Shown here: positions 26,947-33,473 of the stretch, piece after piece | Layout of the letters: the number at the start of each line of letters is the position of its first letter | Position numbering within the stretch: the stretch's first letter is position 1 | Assembly: GCA_031550325.1 (NCBI GenBank) | Contig: JAVBOR010000030.1 | Coordinates: 11,309 to 75,308, forward strand | Direction of reading: 5' to 3' | DNA length: 64,000 nt | Source: Oscillospiraceae bacterium | Lineage (GTDB): Bacteria; Bacillota; Clostridia; Oscillospirales; UBA929 | The notes under the pieces: generated by a model | Database searches by the model: none | What the model saw: the letters and a program-made list of their open reading frames with translations, nothing else | Told to the model about the DNA's origin: nothing | Program-made: the position numbers and the translations under genes

Positions 26947-28329
26947 ATGCCGCTTTTGACGCGCGACAGGAGCTTTTACAAGACGCTGGTGAGGTTGGCC
27001 ATTCCGATCTCTCTGCAAAACTTCATTACGTTCAGCGTCGGCCTGTCGGACAACATCATGGTCGGCTCGCTCGGAGAATATGCCATCTCGGGCGTATACA
27101 TCGGCAATCAGATTCAGATCTTCCTGCAGTTCTATGTCGACGGCATTTGCGCTGCGCTGCTCATTTTGGCGGCGCAGTATTGGGGGCGGCAGGACAAGCA
27201 GAGCATAAAAAAACTCGTGAGCATCGCGTTTCGCCTGGTGATGGCGGGCGGCCTGCTCGTCAGTCTTCTGTCTATGTTTTTCCCGGCGCAGCTCGTATCG
27301 CTGTTTACACCCGACAGCCTCATTGTGACCGAGGCTGTTCACTATGTGCGCATCGTGGCGTTTTCCTATCTGCTGTTCTGCCTGTCGCAGGTGCTGATTT
27401 CAACCATGCGCAGTGTCGAGAGCGTGCGCATCGGCCTGCTGATCTCCCTCACGGCGTCCCTTCTGAATATCGGGCTGAACTACCTGCTCATCTTTGGCAA
27501 ATTCGGCCTGCCGGCCATGGGCGTCGCGGGCGTCGCGACGGCCACGCTGATTTCCCGCGTCGTTGAATGCGCGATTGCCTGCGTCTATGTCTTTGTCGTG
27601 GATAAAAAGCTGCATCTGAAGCTGCGGGACTTTTGGAAAAGCGACGTCGCGCTCTGGCGTGATTTTATCCGTTACGGGTTGCCTGTGCTGGGCGGCAATG
27701 TCGTTTGGGCGGCGAACATGCTCGCCCAGAGTGCGATTGTCGGGCAGATGGGCGCCGAAGCGGTCGCCTCCATGAGCATGACCGGTATGCTCAACAACCT
27801 TGTGGCCGTTTGGGTCTTTGGTCTGGGCGCCGGACTGGGGATCATCACCGGAAAAACGGTGGGCGCCGGAGACTTTGGGCGTGAAAAGCAGTACGCGGTT
27901 ACGGCCCAGGTTCTGTTCGCCGGGTTGGGCGTCGTGGCCGGTCTGACCGTGTTTTTGACCAAAGGGCCATTTTTGTCGTTTTACGCGGTCAGTCAGGCCA
28001 CCCTCGATGTGGCCAACCAGTTTATGCTGGTGCAGTCGGTCGCCATGGTCGGGCGATGTTATCAGGCGGTCTGCCTGGCGGGACTGGTCAAGGCCGGCGG
28101 GGATACCGGGTTTGTGTTCCTCAACGACACGATTTTTGTCTTTGGCGTTGTGCTGCCGTCGGCGCTTGTCGCCATGTTTGTCTTTCACGCGCCGGCCTGG
28201 GTGATTTACGCCTGCCTGCAGAGCGACCAGATCCTCAAGTGCTTCGTCGCCGTGATAAAAATCAATCGCTTTAAGTGGATGAAAAACCTGACGCGCGGCG
28301 CTCAGCGGGCGTCGCCCCAGCCGGGATAA
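26947..28329 (+). CDS. MATE family efflux transporter
   Basis: 460 aa; FYKTLVRLAIPISLQNFI MatE N-terminus; 12 TM pattern. Confidence 0.85.
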   Translation: MPLLTRDRSFYKTLVRLAIPISLQNFITFSVGLSDNIMVGSLGEYAISGVYIGNQIQIFLQFYVDGICAALLILAAQYWGRQDKQSIKKLVSIAFRLVMAGGLLVSLLSMFFPAQLVSLFTPDSLIVTEAVHYVRIVAFSYLLFCLSQVLISTMRSVESVRIGLLISLTASLLNIGLNYLLIFGKFGLPAMGVAGVATATLISRVVECAIACVYVFVVDKKLHLKLRDFWKSDVALWRDFIRYGLPVLGGNVVWAANMLAQSAIVGQMGAEAVASMSMTGMLNNLVAVWVFGLGAGLGIITGKTVGAGDFGREKQYAVTAQVLFAGLGVVAGLTVFLTKGPFLSFYAVSQATLDVANQFMLVQSVAMVGRCYQAVCLAGLVKAGGDTGFVFLNDTIFVFGVVLPSALVAMFVFHAPAWVIYACLQSDQILKCFVAVIKINRFKWMKNLTRGAQRASPQPG

Positions 28330-28336
28330 ACATAAG

Positions 28337-28364
28337 ATATCGAAAAACTGTGGTTTTTCGATAT
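28337..28364 (+). terminator. Perfect 12-bp hairpin just after the MATE stop (possible terminator)
   Basis: ATATCGAAAAAC-TGTG-GTTTTTCGATAT, 8 nt after the stop; AT-rich stem, no clear U-tract. Confidence 0.35.
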
Positions 28365-28368
28365 ACAG

Positions 28369-28552
28369 TTTGTCAAAGAACCTCCGGTTCTTTGACAAAG
28401 CGGGGGTCTGGCTCGCGTCTTTGCGAAGATGCGCAAAGAAATGCTTTCCCGAAGTGAATCCGTGAAAGCGTTGTGGTTCAATCTTTTTCGGCTTTCAGTC
28501 CAGCAAGGACCTGCCGGCTGCGCCGTCAGGCTCGACATGAAAACCGAAAAAG
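28369..28552. repeat. Intergenic repeat locus R4 (modules A-B-D-E)
   Basis: A 28369-28399 TTTGTCAAAGAACC-TCCG-GTTCTTTGACAAA; degenerate B 28414-28433; D 28439-28472; E 28483-28552 (stem CTTTTTCGGCTTTC/GAAAACCGAAAAAG). Confidence 0.9.
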
Positions 28553-28586
28553 GACGAGGACGCGAGGGGTTCTTTAACAACCTAGG

Positions 28587-28625
28587 CCGCCGAAAGCGAA
28601 ACGCTTTCGGCGGTTTATCGTTTTT
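28587..28625 (+). terminator. Canonical rho-independent terminator located after the repeat array, upstream of sigK
   Basis: CCGCCGAAAGCG-AAA-CGCTTTCGGCGG (perfect 12-bp GC-rich stem) followed by TTTATCGTTTTT. Confidence 0.7.
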
Positions 28626-28670
28626 GTGCCGCCGCCTTAAAGGAAAGCGGCACAAAAGGGCGCTTCTGAC

Positions 28671-28678
28671 CATACAAT
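28671..28678 (+). promoter_or_regulatory. Candidate mother-cell sigma-E-type -10 element (CATACAAT) upstream of sigK
   Basis: CATACAAT matches the remembered sigma-E -10 consensus CATACA-T; 28 nt before the RBS; no convincing -35 seen. Confidence 0.35.
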
Positions 28679-28705
28679 GAGAGTAAGTCGATTTGCGGGA
28701 GGAGG

Positions 28706-29398
28706 ATGCCCATGCTCGGCGCGGCAATCACTTTACTGCTGCACAGCTTCTATCTCTGTCTGCGCCTGACCGGTCGAAGCGGTTCTTTTCCCCGGCCGCT
28801 GACGCCGGAAGAGGAGCAGTCCGCGCTCAAAAAAATGTTTGAGGGGGACCAGCAGGCGCGCGAAACGCTGATCTTACACAACCTCAGGCTGGTGGCGCAT
28901 GTCATCAAGAAGTATTACACCCACACCTCTGATCAGGACGACCTGATCTCCATCGGTACCATTGGTCTCGTCAAAGCCATAGACTCCTACCGCCCGGACA
29001 GAAGCGTCAAGCTGCCCACCTATGCCTGCAAATGCATTCAAAATGAGCTGTTCATGTACTTCCGCAACCTCAAAAAGCGCGCCGGTGAGCTCTCGCTGAG
29101 TGATCCGCTGGACAACGAAAATGAAGGCCCGCCGCTCTCGGTGCTGGATGTGCTGCAGACCGAGGACTTCACGCAGGAGCATCTGGAGATGGAGGAGACT
29201 TACGGGCAGCTTTTACGCCTGGTGGAAAAACTGCCCGACGCCCGGCAGCGGCAGATCATTCGCCAGCGGTATGGACTGGACGGACATCCGCCGATGACGC
29301 AGCGCGACGTGGCCGAACAGCTGGGCATCTCCCGCAGCTATGTATCGCGCCTGGAAAAAAAGACGCTTGCCGAACTGGAGGCCGGCATGTCGCAGTAG
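28706..29398 (+). CDS. sigK: Pro-sigma-K (sporulation sigma factor), uninterrupted
   Basis: Hydrophobic pro-sequence then SFPRPLTPEEEQSALKKMFEGDQQARETLILHNLRLVAHVIKKY..., close to B. subtilis SigK (AFPQPLSSSEE...HNLRLVAHIVKKF) as I recall; region 4 ISRSYVSRLEKK. ATG 28712 is an alternative start. Confidence 0.8.
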   Translation: MPMLGAAITLLLHSFYLCLRLTGRSGSFPRPLTPEEEQSALKKMFEGDQQARETLILHNLRLVAHVIKKYYTHTSDQDDLISIGTIGLVKAIDSYRPDRSVKLPTYACKCIQNELFMYFRNLKKRAGELSLSDPLDNENEGPPLSVLDVLQTEDFTQEHLEMEETYGQLLRLVEKLPDARQRQIIRQRYGLDGHPPMTQRDVAEQLGISRSYVSRLEKKTLAELEAGMSQ

Positions 29399-29442
29399 CT
29401 CTCCCGGGGCTGCCCAAAGCAGTTGCTCCGCACCTCCCAGGC

Positions 29443-29600
29443 TGATGATTAAACAGTTCCGATCCGAAGCCGCACAGCGGTGAGTTGTCAAATGGGGAAC
29501 ATTTCGCCGCATCCATGCCTTAATGCGGCAAAATGTTCCCCATTCTCTGGTTGAAAAAGCTTTAGAGTCTCGACTGCGAAGGACAAACTTGACAATCAAA
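29443..29600. repeat. Second repeat family F, copy 2 (inverted relative to copy 1)
   Basis: Homologous to the reverse complement of 13845-13995; contains a 19-bp hairpin at 29494-29541 (GGGGAACATTTCGCCGCAT...ATGCGGCAAAATGTTCCCC, 1 mismatch). Confidence 0.8.
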
Positions 29601-29618
29601 GCGCCGCGGCGCTATACT
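29589..29618 (+). promoter_or_regulatory. Sigma-A-type promoter (TTGACA-18-TATACT)
   Basis: -35 TTGACA 29589-29594 (inside the end of repeat F copy 2), -10 TATACT 29613-29618. Confidence 0.6.
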
Positions 29619-29624
29619 GAGGGC

Positions 29625-29774
29625 AGCGTTGGGCGGGTTTCGCCGCTCAACGAAAAAGCGGACATGCCCGGCCTTCGGCAAAGGCCCCGATAGGGCGTCC
29701 GGCAGGGGTCAATTCGGGAAACCCGGGGTGTTTTGTTGCGCCGAAACGGCACAACCGAAAAGAGGGGATAATCA
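29625..29774 (+). promoter_or_regulatory. Structured ~150-nt 5' leader of the aldo/keto reductase gene (unclassified; possible cis-regulatory RNA)
   Basis: Several hairpins: CGTTGGGCGG/CCGCTCAACG (29628-29653), GGCCTT-CGGCA-AAGGCC (29670-29686), CGGG-AAA-CCCG (29715-29725), GTTGCGCC-GAAA-CGGCACAAC (29735-29755) abutting the RBS AGAGGGG. Confidence 0.3.
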
Positions 29775-30716
29775 ATGAAAAAAATAACATTGGGGGGTTC
29801 GGGCCTGGAGGTTCCGGTTGTCGCCGTGGGCTGCATGCGCCTGAACAAACTGAGCCCGGCGGAGGCCGAGAGACTCATCGGGTCGGCACTGGAGATGGGC
29901 GCGAACTTCTTCGATCACGCCGACATTTACGGCGGCGGAGAGTGCGAGGAGATTTTCGGCGGCGCGGTCAAGCTGCGCGGCGACGCGCGGGAAAAGATCA
30001 TCCTGCAGTCCAAATGCGGCATCTCCCGGAGCGTGGCCGGCGGCGGCGCCCAAACCATATTTGACTTTTCCAAAGAGCATATTCTGGCGGCCGTTGAGGG
30101 CATTCTGTCCCGCCTGCGCACCGATTATCTGGACGTTTTACTGCTGCACCGCCCTGACGCGCTCGTCGAGCCCGAAGAGGTGGCCGAGGCCTTCAGCCTG
30201 CTGCACCGCGCGGGAAAGGTTCGCCAGTTTGGCGTCTCCAATCAGAACCCCGCTCAGATCAGGCTTTTGCAAAAGTACGTCGCCCAGCCGATTGTGGCAA
30301 ACCAGCTGCAGCTCAGCGTCACCAACGCGGGCATGATTTCGGCGGGGCTCCACGTCAACATGGAGGTTCCAGCGGGGATCGACCGGGACGGCGGCGTGCT
30401 GGATTTCTGCCGTCTCCACGACATCACGGTTCAGCCGTGGTCACCGTTCCAATACGGTTTTTTTGAGGGCGTGTTTTTAGACAGCCCGAAATACCACGAG
30501 CTCAATCAAGTGATCAGGGAGATCGCCGCCCAGTACGGGGTCAGCAACACCACCATCGCCATGGCGTGGCTGCTGCGCCACCCGGCGAAGATGCAGCCCG
30601 TGACCGGGACGACGAACGTCGGCAGGCTGCGCGACTGCGTCAAAGCGACCGAGATTGAGCTGACCCGCGCGCAGTGGTATGAGATTTATCTCGCTGCCGG
30701 CAATGTTCTGCCGTGA
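29775..30716 (+). CDS. Aldo/keto reductase
   Basis: 313 aa; GCMRL, DHADIYGGGE, LLHRPD, FGVSN AKR signatures. Confidence 0.85.
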   Translation: MKKITLGGSGLEVPVVAVGCMRLNKLSPAEAERLIGSALEMGANFFDHADIYGGGECEEIFGGAVKLRGDAREKIILQSKCGISRSVAGGGAQTIFDFSKEHILAAVEGILSRLRTDYLDVLLLHRPDALVEPEEVAEAFSLLHRAGKVRQFGVSNQNPAQIRLLQKYVAQPIVANQLQLSVTNAGMISAGLHVNMEVPAGIDRDGGVLDFCRLHDITVQPWSPFQYGFFEGVFLDSPKYHELNQVIREIAAQYGVSNTTIAMAWLLRHPAKMQPVTGTTNVGRLRDCVKATEIELTRAQWYEIYLAAGNVLP

Positions 30717-30819
30717 GGCAGCCGGAAAAGCCGCTTCGAGGAACCGTTTGGGGGCATAGTTTGATGGAAGCTACCCGCGCTGCGCCTGAGAGAACAAAGG
30801 CTCGGGAGGGCCGGCTGCC

Positions 30820-31116
30820 ATGAGCCCGATGGTTGTGCCGTGTGTGATGGGATATTTGGCGCTGATCAACCTGCTGACTTTTGTGCTGTGTGGCACCGAC
30901 AAACGCAGGGCAAGGCGCGGCCAGTGGCGCATATCGGAGGCCACCCTGCTGATTCTCGGGCTCTTGGGAGGGTGCTTCGGGCTGTATCTTGCCATGATTG
31001 CGTTCCATCACAAGACAGAGCATGTTTTGTTTAAAGTGGTCGTGCTCCTGGAGGCCTTCGGCTGGTTTATCCTGGGAATTTACCTGATCACGCGTGATTA
31101 CTTTGGCGGCAAATAG
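30820..31116 (+). CDS. DUF1294 family small membrane protein
   Basis: GTDKRRARRGQWRISEATLL..LGG..G...AM..FHHKT motif as remembered for DUF1294. Confidence 0.7.
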   Translation: MSPMVVPCVMGYLALINLLTFVLCGTDKRRARRGQWRISEATLLILGLLGGCFGLYLAMIAFHHKTEHVLFKVVVLLEAFGWFILGIYLITRDYFGGK

Positions 31117-31159
31117 GTGGGCTGGGGACAGAGGCTGATAAAAGCCCCTCGCATGCTCG

Positions 31160-31378
31160 TCCTTTTCCTGGATTCACGTCGAGCCTGACGCCGAAGGCGG
31201 CGGGTTCTTGCCGGACCGGATCCAGGAAAAATATGAACCACAACGGTTTCGGGAGTTCATTTCTCGAAACCGTTTCTCGTCAAACCGCCTCAGCGGTTTG
31301 ATCCTGCTTTCGTTTTGTCTAAGAACCAAAGGTTCTTTGACAGGCTTAGGCTGCTCAAGAATCTAGGTTCTTTGACAG
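31160..31378. repeat. Intergenic repeat locus R5 (E-D inverted, G, A, plus a half-A inside the CDS end)
   Basis: E 31160-31231 (stem TTTCCTGGATTC/GGATCCAGGAAA); D 31242-31274 (AACGGTTTCG...CGAAACCGTT); G 31281-31300 CAAACCGC-CTCA-GCGGTTTG; A 31313-31343; half-A GGTTCTTTGACA 31366-31377. Confidence 0.85.
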
Positions 31379-32937
31379 ATAAAAATGCCCTGCTCCTTGC
31401 TAATGTGGAACACGCCGCCGTTCTCAAAGCAGCGCCCGACCAGCGCCTCGAACTCGGCGGAAACGTCCTCGGGGATGTGGTTATACGACCTGATATAGGC
31501 AATTAAGTCGCTCGGATCGGGCACCTCAAGCGCGTCGGGGTATTCGCGCTTTTCCACCGCACCGAAGTGCTTGCCGAGGAGCGCTGCTCCGTTTTCCAGC
31601 GTAAAGCTGATTTTATTCATGAAGACGAACTCTGCCTTGCCCTCGAACGCGCGGTAAAGGTCATGCAGCTCCTTGAGCGAGTCTTGGCCGAGTGTCGTGG
31701 CGTAGAAAGCGCCGCCGGGCTTGAGAACCCTGTATGCCTCCCGCAGCCCCTTGTTCAGGTCGGGCACATGGTAAAGCATGTGGTTGGCGATCACGACGTC
31801 AAAACACTCGTCGGGGTAGGGAAGACTTTGAATGTCCGCCTCCTGAAACGAAAATACCGGATTGTCGCCGAGGCGCTCCTTGACCTTGGAGACCATGAGA
31901 GGGGAAAAGTCTGCAAGGATGACGGCACAGCCGCCGGGCAGCCGGTGCGCCCTGCCCTGCCAGAGCTGGCCAGTGCCGCAGCCGAGCTCGAGAATCCTCG
32001 CGTTCGGCTGAATGGAAAGCTGGTCAAACACCCAGTTCTGCCAGCCGTAGGGGTTGACGCTGCACTTTTCCTGAAAGGCGATGCGGATAGAGAGCGTGTC
32101 CTTTTTTTTGTACATTTCGTCCAGGTGGCCGGCCCGCCACATGCGCGGGATGGCCTTTTCGCAGTCGACGATATACGTGTCATACTCGTGGCTGAAGTGG
32201 TAGCCCAGCTTTTGGGCCAGCGCCACCGACGCCTTGTTTGCGGCGTCCCAGCTCGGGTAGAGGCCGCGGCTCAGGCACTCCAGGATCAGCCTGGCAGCGC
32301 AGGCCGTGGCAAGTCCCTTGCGGCGATGCTCCCTTTGGGTGTCGACTTCAATTTCAATGCCGCCGTCATAATAGGTATAGGACGACGCGCCGCCGACGAT
32401 GTCCCCGCCGTACATCGCGCAAAAGCCCAGGCCCTTTTGCGCGAAGTGTTCGGCGGAACTGAACTGCGAGCAGAGGTCGTGCGAGAAGTTCTGCTCAAGC
32501 GCCCGCGCATAAAGCTCGGTGTCGATTTGCCTGAGCGTATATCCCGGAGGAAGAGTCTCGGCCAAAGCCGCGAGTTTTGCTTTGTCAAAGCAGTCGGGCT
32601 CCTTTTTTATGGCGTATCTGCTTGTGAGTTCACAGGCGTCCGGGAAAGCCTCTTCTATAAGCGCCGACCACTCTTTGTCGGGTGGGGCAATCAGAAACGT
32701 GGAGGAAGGGAAGTCTGCGGGGATGTGACTTGCGAGCTCGGCGGCGCCCTGCGAGGCGGCGTCTCCCCTCAAGAAGCAGAAGTCGCCGACAAGGACCTGC
32801 ACGCAGGACGGGGCCTCGAGGCTGTCGGTCCATCCGCGCCCAAGATGCCCCTGCAGATAGGAGAGGGCGAGCGTCTCCTGCGTGTTGCCAAAAAACCGCT
32901 CAAACGCCTTTTCGGCGCCCTTGGGGATTTGCTGCAT
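31363..32937 (-). CDS. Fusion protein: GNAT-family acetyltransferase-like N-terminal half plus class I SAM-dependent methyltransferase C-terminal half
   Basis: N-terminal half ends with a GNAT core (HRRKGLATACAARLILECL); C-terminal half has ILELGCGTGQLW (motif I), FDVVIANHMLYHV, LKPGGAFY. Confidence 0.7.
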   Translation of the reverse strand: MQQIPKGAEKAFERFFGNTQETLALSYLQGHLGRGWTDSLEAPSCVQVLVGDFCFLRGDAASQGAAELASHIPADFPSSTFLIAPPDKEWSALIEEAFPDACELTSRYAIKKEPDCFDKAKLAALAETLPPGYTLRQIDTELYARALEQNFSHDLCSQFSSAEHFAQKGLGFCAMYGGDIVGGASSYTYYDGGIEIEVDTQREHRRKGLATACAARLILECLSRGLYPSWDAANKASVALAQKLGYHFSHEYDTYIVDCEKAIPRMWRAGHLDEMYKKKDTLSIRIAFQEKCSVNPYGWQNWVFDQLSIQPNARILELGCGTGQLWQGRAHRLPGGCAVILADFSPLMVSKVKERLGDNPVFSFQEADIQSLPYPDECFDVVIANHMLYHVPDLNKGLREAYRVLKPGGAFYATTLGQDSLKELHDLYRAFEGKAEFVFMNKISFTLENGAALLGKHFGAVEKREYPDALEVPDPSDLIAYIRSYNHIPEDVSAEFEALVGRCFENGGVFHISKEQGIFICQRT

Positions 32938-33087
32938 ATCGTCACCAACTTTCCGTTACTGCCTATATTATGCGCTTCAGCCGCGTTTTTGGCAAGGCCC
33001 TGTTCCCAAAAGGCAAAAATGGCGCCGATTTTGTTGAAAACGAGCAATACATTACTAGTCCTGGGAAAAATAGAATCCGATAATTTG

Positions 33088-33115
33088 TTGATTTTTCTAA
33101 AAATTGTGGTATACT
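33088..33115 (+). promoter_or_regulatory. Sigma-A promoter with extended -10 (TTGATT-16-TGgTATACT) in an AT-rich gap
   Basis: -35 TTGATT 33088-33093; TGG TATACT 33107-33115; faces the small ORF and vWA gene. Confidence 0.5.
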
Positions 33116-33200
33116 TATCTTTAGAAGGAAGCCTGTAATGATACGCAATCAGAATGGAATAAGAAGAAATGGGTTTGAAAAGAAAGGTGGAGCGAGAACT

Positions 33201-33368
33201 ATGAAGCAGGCGTACATAAAACCCAAGGCAACGTTGATCAGTCTCTTCCCGGAGGATCGCCTGTGCGCGGACGGCTGCCTTCGCGGGTATGGTGGTCCAG
33301 GCGCGGAGGAATATCCGCAGAACACGAACTGCACGATTCTCTTCGATCAGGGCCCCTCGGAATCCTAG
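33201..33368 (+). CDS. Small hypothetical peptide (55 aa, 3 Cys)
   Basis: MKQAYIKPKATLISLFPEDRLCADGCLRGYGGPGAEEYPQNTNCTILFDQGPSES; strong RBS AAAGGTGGAG 8 nt upstream of the ATG; between the predicted promoter and the vWA gene. Confidence 0.4.
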   Translation: MKQAYIKPKATLISLFPEDRLCADGCLRGYGGPGAEEYPQNTNCTILFDQGPSES

Positions 33369-33473
33369 ACGGGGTTTCGGTGCTTTCACAACAGCTAGAT
33401 GATTCAGGGCTCTCTTTTTGAGAGATACCTGGACAAGAGGATTTGGGTGAAAGTCTATTTTGAAGGTGATACG

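Noticed and set aside
33138-33200. Longer version of the small ORF starting at ATG 33138 (76 aa).
   Set aside because: That ATG lies about 16 nt from the predicted transcription start and has no RBS. The strong AAAGGTGGAG RBS serves the ATG at 33201.
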